From NCBI GenBank assembly GCA_002189035.1, contig NEEC01000023.1:434001-498000 (forward strand): DNA of 64,000 nucleotides, read 5' to 3'. Shown piece after piece: positions 11,105 through 23,443 of this stretch. The notes beneath the pieces are model-generated. The model saw nothing but the letters and a program-made list of their open reading frames with translations. It searched no databases and was not told the DNA's origin. This stretch comes from Utricularia gibba. Taxonomy: Eukaryota > Plantae > Magnoliophyta. Position 1 is the stretch's first letter. Each line of letters opens with the position of its first letter. A program made the translations under genes and the position numbers.

Positions 11105-11622
11105 TCTATTAGTAACTATTTTTTATTTTTTTTCAAGTGAGCAAACTTCCTTTTTTGGAAAGTAAATATTCTAATTGATATTATTTTTTTGAATTACTAC
11201 TTGATTCGTTGTTTCCTATTTTTCTTTTAATTTAAATAATATATAATGTAACAAAAATAAATTGAAAAAAAACCAGAAATCTTATAACACCTTCAGTTTC
11301 TCTAACTCGAGGACCCACAAAAAAATAATTTAGAGCGATAAGTATCATTTAATACGAATTAAACACAATCATTAATTGCGATTAGGCCCCATGCTTATAC
11401 TAATGTAATGGCTCCCCTCCTCATACGTGGAGGTTTTTAGGCCTTTTTATAATAGGAAAGCTCACGTGACATAATCATTTGGATTTGAAAAAAAAAAAAG
11501 CCAAAATTCGATTTAAAAGTATAATAAGAAAATCTGTAAATTTGGTCTAGAGAATTTGGATAAAAAAAATTATTTTTTAATTTTACAGAATTTACTCTAA
11601 AAAAATTAAACAAAAATATTTG

Positions 11623-11650
11623 GTGACGACGGGGAGTCGTCACAGTGACG
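11623..11650. promoter_or_regulatory. TGACG (TGA/as-1-like) cluster forming an 8-bp inverted repeat upstream of pirin
   Basis: gtgacgac-gggga-gtcgtcac followed by agTGACG gives three TGACG cores within 28 bp. Confidence 0.45.
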
Positions 11651-11871
11651 CCAGCGAAGAAGTTATCTTGAGAACAGTTGGGAGGTGGGTATGTGGGGCC
11701 CGCATGAAGATCACCCGGGACCGTACGCAACACAGTGCGTTTGCCTTCCCCTGTTCTTCCTTCTTCCCTTGAATTCCGCGTTCCCGTGTAGTATATATGT
11801 GTCCAGGGTCATGGATTTCTCCTCAATCCCAATTCAATCTGGTTCACAGTATAAGGAAGAATTCAGCAAGG

Positions 11872-13081
11872 ATGCCGAAGGTAGTCAGTGATCCGCGTTC
11901 CGTTGTCAGAAAATTCCTCGCCAGGCCGCAATCCGAAGGCGTCGGAGCTGCTGTCAGGCGGAGTATCGGAAGGTGAGTGGATTGCGCAAGTCTTGGCGCC
12001 ATATCGTAAACTCGGCTCTGGGTTTGAATCTAACGTGTCTGCTACTCTGCCCATCAGGTTTGAGCTCAAGTACCTGGACCCTTTTCTTCTTCTGGATGAA
12101 TTCTCAGGTGGGTTGTCTTCGTTTCCGTTGCTTTCCTTCAGTTGTATCCTCCCCTTATCAGTAATGAGTTCTTCCTGTTCTGTCCTGCCAGTTTCTGCGC
12201 CTGCGGGGTTCCCTGATCACCCACACAGAGGTTTATTTCATACTCTTTTCAACTCCTCGTTCTACGTCACAATTCACAGCAGCAGTTGCAGAATCATCGG
12301 TTCATTTGAGCAGGATTTGAGACGGTGACTTACATGTTGGAGGGCGCAATCGCACACCAGGATTGCGAGGGCAATAAGGGGACAATCAAAGCCGGAGATT
12401 TGCAATGGATGACGGCAGGCAGAGGAATTGTCCACTCGGAAATGCCTGCAGCTGAGGGCACCCAAAGGGGACTTCAGCTCTGGATTAACCTTTCCTCCAC
12501 TCACAAAATGTAAGTACTTCCACCCTTGAGCTCCGACCTCTGAACCAATCCTAATACCAGGATCGAATGCGCCGTCGACAGGGTGGAGCCAAAGTATCAA
12601 GAAATGAAAAGCAAAGATATCGCGGAAGCATCAGATGCGCAGGGGAGGGCGACGGTGAGAGTCATAGCAGGGGAGTCCATGGGGGTCAAGTCCCCATCCA
12701 GACAAGGACGCCGACCATGTTCTTGGATTTCACCATCAACCCCGGCGGGCAGATCCGGCAACACATCCCATCGGGATGGACGGCGTTCGCTTACGTTTTG
12801 GAGGGAGAGGGTGTGTTTGGAAGCACGCGCTCATCGGCTCACCATTTACTCGTCCTGGGGAACGGGGATGGGCTCCAGGCCGGAAATAATCACCACTCGA
12901 AGCCCTTAAGATTCGTCGTGGTCGGCGGCCGGCCGCTCGGCGAGCCCGTGGCGCGGTGGGGCCGTTTGTTGCGAACACCGAAACGGAATTGGACGAGGCC
13001 ATTTCAGACTACGAGAGCTGCAAGAACGGTTTTGAAAATGCGGCCCAATGGAAGTCAGAACCCAATGATATTTTATTTTGA
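11872..13081 (+). CDS. Pirin-like cupin protein; 5 exons; two 1-bp frameshifts in the last exon
   Basis: PRSVVRKFLARPQSEGVGAAVRRSIGR, LDPFLLLDEFS, GFPDHPHRGFETVTYML, WMTAGRGIVHSEMP, TRTPTMFLDFT, and, after frame correction, GPFVANTETELDEAISDYESCKNGFE. Frame breaks at 12692-12695 and 12958-12961. Confidence 0.9.
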
Positions 13082-13628
13082 CGTCATTAATCACCATAAT
13101 TTGTGCTATTATTAAAAATAGTCCCAAATTTTTGTGTTATCCATTCCGAATATTTAAAAAATAAAGTATATATTATTTGGTTAAAAATCAGAAAAAATCA
13201 ATCATTATTAAATTGAATTTTTTATTTCCCAAAAAATTAAAAGAAAACATTTTTAAAAAATCATTTAAAACAAAAATATTATAAAAAAGAACACAATATA
13301 ATTTTTTTTTCTTATAAAGTTAGCTGTTACAACTGCATTCCCCACTTTGTGTTCAAAATGGGGTGATGTCCGAACAGCTGAGTTAAGAAGAAAGGGTTTT
13401 GTGCAGAAATCAGTCATGCTGCGTTGCAGCGGGGCACATGCCGGATGACTGAGTGACTGGCTCTGCATCCATAGCCAATATGGATGAAAACCTTAACCAG
13501 AGCCTGTAGAAGATATCAAAATGTGGCGAGGAAGAAGAGACTGTCGGTCAGAAGGTCGACTGTGTGTGCGTACATTCACATCTCCAGAAGACACCTCCTT
13601 TGCAATGGATCGTGCTGATTCCCTGGTG

Positions 13629-14940
13629 TCAAATGCAGGAATCAAAAGGACTTTCTGGGAGCTGTACCCCTTGAACGCTGCAGCAAAGGAGAACACAGGG
13701 TTAGTTAACAGACTGCAAGAAGATCAAGTTATTGGTTCTTCTTAATGGTCACCTATCGTCTTCTTTGCTGCTTGATCCATTGTTGCTATCCTCCATCGGC
13801 GTCATCTTGGGGTTATCTGTGAATGCAGGTGATTCCCGTCTGGAAAACAGGGTTTGAAACATAGAAGAAGAATGTGGGTTCTCACCGGCCTGTATCCTCG
13901 GACCGCCCATGGCACCCAAGGTTCTGTATCCATGGTAATCCAGGCTTTCTGTGTATTTTCTGCTAAGAGAAGGAAGTTGCCCATCTGAGTATCAGCTCAG
14001 GATAGCAGCGGAACAGTTGCTACTCACCTCTGAGTAAACTTTGATTTCTCTCTGTATGGTTTTACACGGACTCGAGCTCCACAGACATAGTGTGGATTTC
14101 CTTTGGACAAGACAAGGTTCACTGTGTCGGCATCAAAGAAAGTGACAAACCCGAACATGCGCCTCTGCTGACATGGGATCCTCACGTCCTGAACTCGTCC
14201 AAAGATGCTGCGCAGGGCAATGACAAGTCATCGGTAAAAACCCTCTCTGTTGACATGATACCAGATCGAATACCTGAAGTAAACGGCGACATCTTCCTCC
14301 AGAAATGCACTTTCAGCAGGGAAAGTGAGATAGATTTGGCGAGAGGCGGGATCTGCATCCTGGGCGAGCACAACAGCGTGCTGCCCGTGAGGGCGATCGA
14401 TGAGGCGGATGCTGTTGCCGAGGCGGGAGAGCAATTTCGTCAAACTGTAGCCGCCGCCGCCTCTGCCATGTCGTTGGCTCTCGGCTAAGTACCCTTCGGC
14501 CTGCAGAGCTATGCCATACTTCTCGTAATACAGCATGGGAAGAGCAGCGATGGACACCGGGCTGCCTCTCCGGCATCTCAGTAGCTCCCGGATTTCGAAC
14601 TCCAGCCTCTCGATCGAGTTCTCGCTGCAGTACTGCCAACTCCTCCTGAATTCTCCGTCACGGAGGTAGTAATCCGTAGGAGCCATGGGCGAAGCAAGAT
14701 CTGACGTTAAGGGGAAACCAGCGCCATGGGGAGGAGGAAGCCGCGGTTCCAGGATCTTCGCCGTCTTCGCAATGTGGTTCAGCCGGCGAATCTCGGGGAC
14801 AGGGCTAGAGCCAGTCTTATCATTTCCTGATCGGAGACCCCTCGGAAGTACAAGTATCCAAAGATCTTCTTTGCAATTGACTCTGGTTCCATTTCACATA
14901 TTCTGTCGAACAGAATCTTTTCCGCCTCGCCGCGCTCCAT
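13629..14940 (-). CDS. C3H18/C3H46-family RNA-binding protein (N-terminal helical domain, winged-helix/LOTUS-like domain, RRM) lacking the CCCH finger; frameshift near 14803
   Basis: N-terminus [30 protein letters not shown]...EMIRLAL; [43 protein letters not shown]; [10 protein letters not shown]; [12 protein letters not shown]; [19 protein letters not shown]; C-terminal LPESPF. Four exons. Confidence 0.85.
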
Positions 14941-15830
14941 TTCTCAGACATTCACTCCAATCTGCGCAAATGCAGACGCCCAGAAAACTCCAGATTCCGC
15001 AGAAAAAAAATCTAATCTTTTTCACGTTCCAGATTCAAGAAAACTTACCGACTCCAAATCTAACAAAGGGCTCCTTTCTCAGGCCCTCTGCAAAGCAAAA
15101 ACCACACCTTTGCTTTTCAAGTGTGTGCTCCTGAGTGGACTGAACGAGAGTGTCGCCATTGTTAAGGCAGTTCCGTTTCTCACTCCTTTCCCAGCGCGAA
15201 GATGGGGGAAGTTGGATGACTTCTTTTGATTATTTTTATTATTTTTTAAATATAATTCAAATCAAGGGTTGGATATTTCCAATTTCAAAACCAATCATAA
15301 TGCCAATTTCAATTATCAAATATTTAAGAATATATTACATATAACACAATATTATTAACCACCTTTAAAATAGTAAACAAATTTTTAATTCCTTATTTAG
15401 AAATGACATACATCTTGACAAATTTTTCCCTAGATATTATATGGGAATAATTTATTTATTTATTATATCAACATTCTCATGTTATTATTTTACTATATTA
15501 TTCATTTAGATATTAAATTTTCATAATTTTTATTTATTATTATTATTATTTTTTATCTATTTCCGTCATTCATTCTTAAAGTAATTCAAGTCAAGCATAC
15601 TTCATTTTGAAGTTCCTATGAAATAAACTCCATCATGTGTGAGATTTGTATAATTTTTCATTCTATTAATTCTATTATTTGCATTAGGATTGGAGTCAGA
15701 TAACCGAACCGGGCCTCACGTGGCATGTTGGAGGCCCATAATGCATTAAAAGGGATTTTTTTTTTTTTCCTTTTTGTCGTTAAATTTGGCCCTCTCTTTC
15801 CTGCTCGCTCCACCATTTTCGAATTCAGCG

Positions 15831-16433
15831 ATGGCCGTGAATCTCATGGCCTTTCGCTTATCTTCGCCACTTCCGATACCGTTCCTTATCCCTGCAAAAT
15901 CTCTACTGCACCCTCTGAGAAAACCCACGCGGAGGGTAGCGTTCATCACTCGTTCGAAGGGTAGTGACACCGCCGATGCACCGGACCGGATAATATCCGC
16001 CGTCACCTACTTCTACCCCTTCTTCGACGGTATTCAGTACGGTCGATATGTGATCAGCCAATTCCCCCAATTTCAGGTGATTCTCCAGCCATTGGTTCCA
16101 TCGATCAGAGCGTTCAAGAGCTTCCCTTTCAATGGGTTTTTGGTGTTCTTGACGCTCTACTTTGTCGTGGTGAGGAACCCTAATTTCAGTAAGTACGTTA
16201 GGTTCAATACTATGCAGGCTATAGTTCTGGATGTGCTCCTGATATTCCCTGATCTTCTCGAGAGGACATTCAACCCAAAGGATGGTGTGGGGTTGGATTT
16301 GATGATGAGTTTAGATAGCACTGTGTTCTTGTTCCTCTTGGTTTCCTTGGTTTATGGATCATCTTCTTGTTTGCTGGGACAGCTCCCCAGATTGCCTCTT
16401 GTGGCTGAAGCTGCTGATAGGCAAATCTTGTAA
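15831..16433 (+). CDS. TIC20-V: Chloroplast import protein TIC20-V; single exon
   Basis: Transit peptide followed by DAPDRIISAVTYFYPFFDGIQYGRYV...VVVRNPNFSKYVRFNTMQAIVLDVLLIFP...PRLPLVAEAADRQ. Confidence 0.93.
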   Translation: MAVNLMAFRLSSPLPIPFLIPAKSLLHPLRKPTRRVAFITRSKGSDTADAPDRIISAVTYFYPFFDGIQYGRYVISQFPQFQVILQPLVPSIRAFKSFPFNGFLVFLTLYFVVVRNPNFSKYVRFNTMQAIVLDVLLIFPDLLERTFNPKDGVGLDLMMSLDSTVFLFLLVSLVYGSSSCLLGQLPRLPLVAEAADRQIL

Positions 16434-16609
16434 CCAGTGTCAAGCTTAGTGACCCATTCATCAATACAGGCAGACCCTTTCTCTGTGTTTTTGGATCATC
16501 TTCTTGTTGCTCTTGTACCTGAAGCTGTTGATACACATTCATCACTACACAAAGGCTCGGCCACTGTATTTTCAATGTCAAAAATTGGTTCTTTTCTCGT
16601 ATTTTTAAC

Positions 16610-19600
16610 TCATTTACATCTCAGAAGACGAGCAGCAAAAGCTCCATCAAGGGATTGTTTGATGGGATTTGAGCTGTAGAATCCTTCATCTGTGATGAAA
16701 TCTGCGGGCACATATCTACCAGCATGATCTATGCAGAATTCCTGATAAACACGAGATTGAAGAAATTAAAACCAGAGATACAGGGCAGTGGCGCAAGGAG
16801 TTGTGTAAAAAAATTTGCATAACGTGTAAGAAGATAAAGCGAAGGAGTAAACCGGGTGCCTCCGAAGAAAAGCAGCTACTCGTTCTTCGTTCTCCACAGG
16901 GTCTATAGAACAAGTGCTGTATATCAAGGCTCCACCAGGCTTAACCAACCTGGAGCGTAGATGCAAAGCAAGTGATTTGCTTGAAACAAAAACAAAACAA
17001 ATGTGGCGACCAGAAAAAGGAAGAATCCTGAACTCACTTGGAAGCTGAATCAAGAAGTGAATCCTGCAAATTCGTGAGCTCTTCCATGTCTTCCCATTTC
17101 CTATTCCAACGCAAATCAGCTCTCTGCAAAGGAGACACAAGCATATTTCAGTTGGGAAGATTCTCTTTGTAGGCAGATTTTAGATTGTAAGGGATCTGGG
17201 AAGATATCAAGGGTAGAGGAGCACAAGAAAATGAATCCTTCGCAGTCTGCGGATACCTTAGAAAGAACTCCAAGTCCAGAGCAAGGAGCATCCAGTAAAA
17301 CTTTATCGGCTACCGCGCCATCTCTTTCCTAATGATAACAAGGTCGATCTCTGGAAACTTACTGTATATACTCAAATATGACCGAATAAGAACTTACAGC
17401 ATATGCTCGAAGATCAGCATGAACAACAGAAATGAGTTTGTCAACAGCATGCGCCATGGCCGTCTCCTTGAGAATTCTTAGTCGGCCTTTGTTTACATCG
17501 ATTGCACAAATACTACCTGAGGTAAGTTCGAATAATTATTGGCATGTTCCAGCACTTGGTCTTACACAACAATATTCAACAAGAATCTAGCTAAACTGGG
17601 CATGAAACAGTAGGCACCTTGCCCTTTCAAGCGCGAAGCCATGAAAAGTGTCTTCCCTCCTGGAGCTGCACAGCAGTCTATGATCTTCTCACCAGGCTTA
17701 GGGTCAACAACATTAACCACTAATCCTGCATCAAGGATCAGAAGTTGATGAAAAACAACAAAAAAGGAAAAAAAAAAAAAAAGAAAGAGCAACCTAAGAT
17801 AAGATGACGAGAGATATCAACCTGCACTCTCATCCTGGACAGAGCATAAGCCTTCTTCCAGTAATCCTGCTTGTATGACGGCCTACAAAACAATGTAACG
17901 TTCTTGAACCAGAACAAGGATCACTGAACCTATCAGGGCTTTAAATGAAGCTTTTCCTCATTGACAACAGTTGTCTCTGGACTGATACAAATGAAGCAAT
18001 GGAGAAAGGGCATACTGCTCAACTAGCAAGCTTCCCATATGATCCCGAGCAGTGACCAATGGAGAAAGGCATACTGTTTTTTCATAAATATGCTGTTTTT
18101 TTGTCGAAAGGCCTTTTTTTTTTTTAATGAAGTAGATTTTATGGCCGTGGACAACAACCGAAAAAATTTATAAAGCACACCACCCAAGTTGCAAATTCAT
18201 TGATTACGATGTAAGAAATAATTCTTACTTGTAATCCTGTCCTTATCCTGACAAAGTCATCTAAATGCTGAGATACTTCGTAAGGAACCTATCATTCAAA
18301 AGAAAGATAACATACAGTTGAGCACTCGCATGAGTATATGAACTTGGAAGATAAAAGAATAAAAAATAAACTTGAGTGAGAACCTCTAATGTCACAAGTT
18401 CTCTAACCAGGTCAGTCCTCGTGAATCCTTTAGCTGTATTTGCTCTGAACCATTATAAGTTACTGTGAGTGACATGACATCATATTGTTTATAGAGTAAA
18501 GATGTTTTATAAAGAAAAATAAAAACCTGAGACTGAAAAGAGGATCACTATTGTTCCAAGTCATTAATTTGATGGCATCTTCAAGGCCAAGATAACTAAT
18601 CCATCGCCTTACCATCCACTAACAGAGAATATAGTGAAAAAAGGCTCAATTTAAAAGAGAAGAGGAATGGGTTTACTGCAAAAAAAATCAGTGGAAGACG
18701 CTACACTGAGACCCTTTTATATTTCAAAAGCTGAATTGAAACATGTAGTAATAAAAAAAAAGAAAAAAAGAAAATGAAATCTTGAAGCACAAGGAGTGAA
18801 AAAACATCAATGAAGAAGACATGAGGGAGTGTTTTTTATAAAAAACAAATACCACAAAATGATCAAGACAGACTTACTACAGGATGAGAATGGATTGTAG
18901 CTAAGCTGCGTGCCTGCTGTCTTTCATCACCATCCATTGCTGGTGACGGTAGAGACTGATTTTCCTGTGGATATACTAAAGGCCGTCAAGATGTTTTTCA
19001 TTTGTAAAAACTATTAGAATGTGGAAATGAAACGGTTATATTTTGTAAAATATAGGAAACTACCTTAAGGAGTACCAGCTTTCTCAATATTGCATTTACC
19101 ATATTACCAGCACCAGGTCTTAGTGCAGCTTTTGCAAGCTTTACATTCTGCACGTAAGAAAAGCTAAGAAAGTATGTTTTTTTCAATATGACATAGAAAA
19201 CTTACATACTTAACTCACCTCATATACAACAGCATGAGGAGACATTTCAAGTTTGATGATCTCATAGAAGCCAATTCTAAGAATCTAAGATGCAACAAGT
19301 GAAATGACAAACTGAAGATGGGCATGTATGCAGTTGTCTAAAAAGAGTTCGTATACTTGCAATAGAAGAGGTTCCATGCTTCTGAAGGTTTTCTCATCAT
19401 GACACAGTGAAAGAATCAAATAATCAAGATATCTTCTCCACCGTATGGTACCACCCACAATGTCAGTTACCTACAAACAAAGAGGATCACTTCTTGTTGG
19501 TTCCAGTAGAAAGAGCTATTGATCATAAAGAGGAAAGCTTGACGCAAAGAAGAAAGGTACCAGTCGAAGATCTCTGCTATCCAATTCACAAGTACGAAAA

Positions 19601-20408
19601 CCTAGAGTTCGTGCAACATATTGCATCTCATTACCACCAGACTGACTGCTTTGCTCATTCAGAAGGTCAGCAAATGCACCACCAAGCTCGATACGCATCA
19701 ACCTTACAACAGACACTGTTCGAACACATGATCAGGTCATTCTCTTCTTTCAAAAAGTGCCATCATTAGTAGCAATAAAACCTTCATCCGCCAGACATAT
19801 CTAGATTGCTCTAATTGAATAGAATAATAAAAACGACATTCATGACTCTGATAAAATACAATCCATATGGTTTTCCTAGTATATGAATCATTAATTTAAA
19901 ATGACCCATCTTCTCAAGAGTAGGCACTACGTTTCTCCTCTCGAAGTAAACTGCCATACAGAAGCATATCTGAATTAAAAACAAGTAACATACCAGCTCT
20001 ATGGCGCGATATTTCTGCATTCAACTTCACCGCGCTCTTTCCAATATTAATGTGGTCTGTGCCACAAATCACATATAAAAATAGGAATTACAGGTTTCAA
20101 TTAGAATTTTGGTAGATGATACTGAGGCAGTGTACAGCAACAGGCAGTATCCAATCAATAAGGGTGATGGAGTTTTCAGTTCATATAATCTAAGAGCCCA
20201 ATGATAGAAAAATGTAATCTGTGCAGTAGAGCAGGCATGAAAACAGTATACAACCTGATGGAACTCCAGCAGATGAAGTTTTAGCAGGGTGTGCTCTTGA
20301 TTTTGATCGATAACTACTTTCCTCCACATTTCGCCCCGAAGTCGAGGCGAAGAGTCGGATTCTGGTTGGGCCGACAACTCCAGGAGAAAGAACACAGTGG
20401 ATGGACAT
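16610..20408 (-). CDS. RSMB: Plastid 16S rRNA m5C methyltransferase RsmB (NusB + NOL1/NOP2/Sun); multi-exon
   Basis: VRLMRIELGGAFADLLNE; AGNMVNAILRKL; WMVRRW; IDCCAAPGGKTLFMA; DKVLLDAPCSGLGVLSKRADLRWNR; GGALIYSTCSIDPVENEERV; C-terminal NPIKQSLDGAFAARL. The start ATG is tentative. Confidence 0.9.
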
Positions 20409-20692
20409 CGAGACGAGAAAGCACTCCAAGCACAGTCTGACAGAAATGCTTCTCAAAATGGTGATGAAGAACCATTGGATACAAGAAGTGTTCTCTCAGA
20501 AGCCCAATTCCGTTCTCTATGCGGCCCGTGATGACGGCCCATTAGTAGTTGGGCCACTCAGGAGCCAGGCACATAATTTTTAGTTTTTACTATTGGCAGA
20601 GACAATCACTATCAAGCTCTCATGCCCGCAAGTCGCAACCGGCGTTCGTAAAAATTGGTAGACCTGCTAAAGAGCTTTGGATTTGTGCCGAA
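20409..20692. promoter_or_regulatory. 284-bp bidirectional promoter between RsmB and EMC8/9, with site II motifs
   Basis: Head-to-head ATGs at 20408 (-) and 20693 (+). AGCCCA, GGCCCA and TGGGCC motifs lie at about 20500-20556. Confidence 0.6.
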
Positions 20693-21808
20693 ATGGGGTA
20701 CGAACTCTCCCAGAACGCATACCTTAAGCTGGTTCTCCATGCCCTAAAGCATCGGACCTCCGCCGTCAACGGCGTCCTTTTGGGTCGGTCCAGTGGCGGC
20801 GATGTTGAAATCGTCGACGCCGTGCCGCTCTTCCACTCCCAGATAGGCCTTCTTCCTAATCTCGAAATCGCGCTTATAATGGTCAGTCACTCAATTTTCA
20901 GCAACACTAGTTCTTTATCAGTAAGATTCCCAGGTTGGGTGTGTAAAATTGGGGTTTGGGGATTGACAGATCGAGGAGTATTACATCGATAAAGGGTTGA
21001 GCATAGTTGGCTATTTTCATGCTAATGAGAGGTACGATGACTTTGAGCTTGCGACTGTGGCCAAGAATATTGGAGATCGCATTCATCGGTATTTTCCTGA
21101 GGCAGCATTGCTTCTGGTACGCGATTTTTGGGAAATATCTGAAGCACCTTCCCCCACATTAGGATTTTCTAGCTAGGGTACATAATGCTATAGGTTTATG
21201 TTTTTTCAGCTGGACAACAAAAAGCTCGAGTCTTTATCTAATGGGAAGGACCGAAACCCTGTAATGCAGGTAATGTGCAGGCTAAAACTCATTGATATTT
21301 TATTACCTGCGTTCTTGTCTTCAGCATAAGCCTCTCTTTTCCAGGTTAATCTTGATCACTGCAGCGTACAAATTCTACTTGTCTTAGAAGATATTGCATG
21401 TTGCAGCTTGTGTTTATTCAGCTTATGATGTGTTATTGTAGGCGCTTAATTTCTATACAAGTAGAGGGTGTTTTCCATTGCGTATCGATCCCTGTGGGTT
21501 CCATTGAAATAGAACTTATCTCTCTTTACAGCTCTACAAAAAAGATGCTTCCAGTAGTTGGAAGCTTGTTGGATCAGATGCAAGCAGCCAGCTTGTTCTG
21601 AAGGAGCCTTCTGCGAACATAGTCCTACTGGATTACATTTCCACTGAGAAATGGAAAGGCATTGTCGACTTTGATGACCATTTGGATGACATTGAAAAGT
21701 AAGGGCCTTGATAAAATCTGTTGCTTGAGTTTCTGGTTCTGTCAAGCTAAATGATGATGTTCAAACCATTCCCACAGGGACTGGTCGAATTCCCAGCTTT
21801 TTGATTAG
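20693..21808 (+). CDS. EMC8: ER membrane protein complex subunit 8/9 homolog; 5 exons
   Basis: YELSQNAYLKLVLHALKH..SAVNGVLLG; DAVPLFH; IVGYFHANER; LDNKKL; IVDFDDHLDDI..DW.N. Confidence 0.92.
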
Positions 21809-22625
21809 ATTCAACCTTCCAAGGAACTGAAGCAAAGTTGCAGAATTGATGAATGAGTTGGTTTGTAGGAGCTGGAAATACTATTGGGAGATTCACTCAT
21901 GGAAACCTTGGCATCTCTGCATTCATTTTTCTATGTGACGAATTTCAGGCGAAGCTTAGAACTTTATTACGGGCCAATAAAATGGGATGGAATAGTGAGT
22001 CAAATTTCTCGGCCGAACTTCTACTCGCCAGCCCACGAAATGGAGTCATTTAGAAGATTGAACATTACTATATTTTCGTTTACACATTTAAACAAAATAT
22101 GATGATCATTTTTTTCATATAATATCTAATATATGGTCAAATTTTTAATTCATTTTCATGAAATGTGAGCCACTGTTTTAGATTGAATTTATGATGAACT
22201 TTTGATTGAATCATTTTTATAATAAATTAGATTGAATTTAATACTTTTTTCATATATCTCAAAATAAATGGAAAATTTTTATTTAAATAAATTAAATCTA
22301 TTTTTGGATTTAATCACGTATTAGATTAAATTAAATCCAATGCTGTCCTTCCATGTGTCAAAATCTGATTCTTGCCACTATGGCTACCCTCAAGTTCACC
22401 TTCAGATTCTTGTTTAATTGTATGCAAGTTGTCGGAATATTTGGGTAGTGGTGTGTAAGAACATGTCGCTTGGACAAAGAGGCAGGAATACATTCCCATT
22501 TTACTTCATTCAGGAAGCAGACTTGTGCAAGGAGGCAGGCACCACCACTCAGTTCTTTTGTACCACGTACTCCTGTTGAACACCCAAGGAGCAGAACCTG
22601 AAACATGCATCAACAAGCAGGATTC

Positions 22626-23214
22626 ATGAACCTAATCACTTTCTGTGCATGGACAGTGTTAGCAGCCCTTAGCATCAGCAGCAGGATGATGCTCAAGTCT
22701 GGTAGCAACACCTGAATTCTATGTCTCGCACAACTTACTTCGAATTCCCACCTGATGGGAATTTCATTTTTCCTGGTTGCAGAGGCAAGAACGCTGCTCG
22801 CCCCTGATGCTTCATGGTCAGCACCTACCTGTGTGCACCATCCAATGATAACAAGACCTGAGCACAGGGTCTGGTGCATAGCCAAGCCGACTATGCCCCC
22901 GTCGCTTCTTCAAATAGCAATGGACTATGCCTGTGCGTCTGGTGCTGATTGTGGTCCGATCCGCATCAACGGTTCGTGTTACCAGCCGGAGACGGTGCTT
23001 GCTCATGCTTCATTCGCCTTCAATAGTTACTGGCAGAACATGAAAAACGCTGGTGCAACTTGCCAATTTGGAGGTGTGGCGATGCTTGTCACCCTTGATC
23101 CAAGTAAAAAGCACAGCACCTGATCTGAGTACCAAGCCTTCCGTAGTGGCTACATTTAACCAATGGTATTCACTTGCAGGTTACAATAACTGCCCGTTTG
23201 TGTACAAGGCATAG
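22626..23214 (+). CDS. Secreted X8 (CBM43, callose-binding) domain protein; 3 exons
   Basis: Signal-peptide exon MNLITFCAWTVLAALSISS, then WCIAKP...AMDYACASGADCGPI..GSCYQPETVLAHASFAFNSYWQ...TCQFGGVAMLVTLDPS and YNNCPFVY. Confidence 0.85.
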
Positions 23215-23443
23215 CAACTTCTGGTTCAAGCTCAAGTTTGATGCCATTTTGCCCACAAAGCAGATTGTTACCTAGTTATGTGCCATGCTCCCAAGTGCTA
23301 CACTTGGTGAATTTACTTTGGAGTAAATGTAAGAGTCATGCATTTGATCTGCTGTATACAAACTGGTTAATTGTCATCCAATTCAATCTATGTTCACCAT
23401 AAAATAAGGCAGGAGAAAAAAAAAAAACTGCTTAGCTCCACAA

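Noticed and set aside
12559-12581. In-frame alternative acceptor in pirin (adds IECAVDR)
   Set aside because: The upstream AG would leave a 51-nt intron. The downstream AG gives 72 nt and the canonical MVEPKYQE.
13802-13984. Apparent early stop and extra intron in the C3H18-like gene
   Set aside because: Reading through without an intron stays open and reaches the conserved LPESPF terminus in the next exon.
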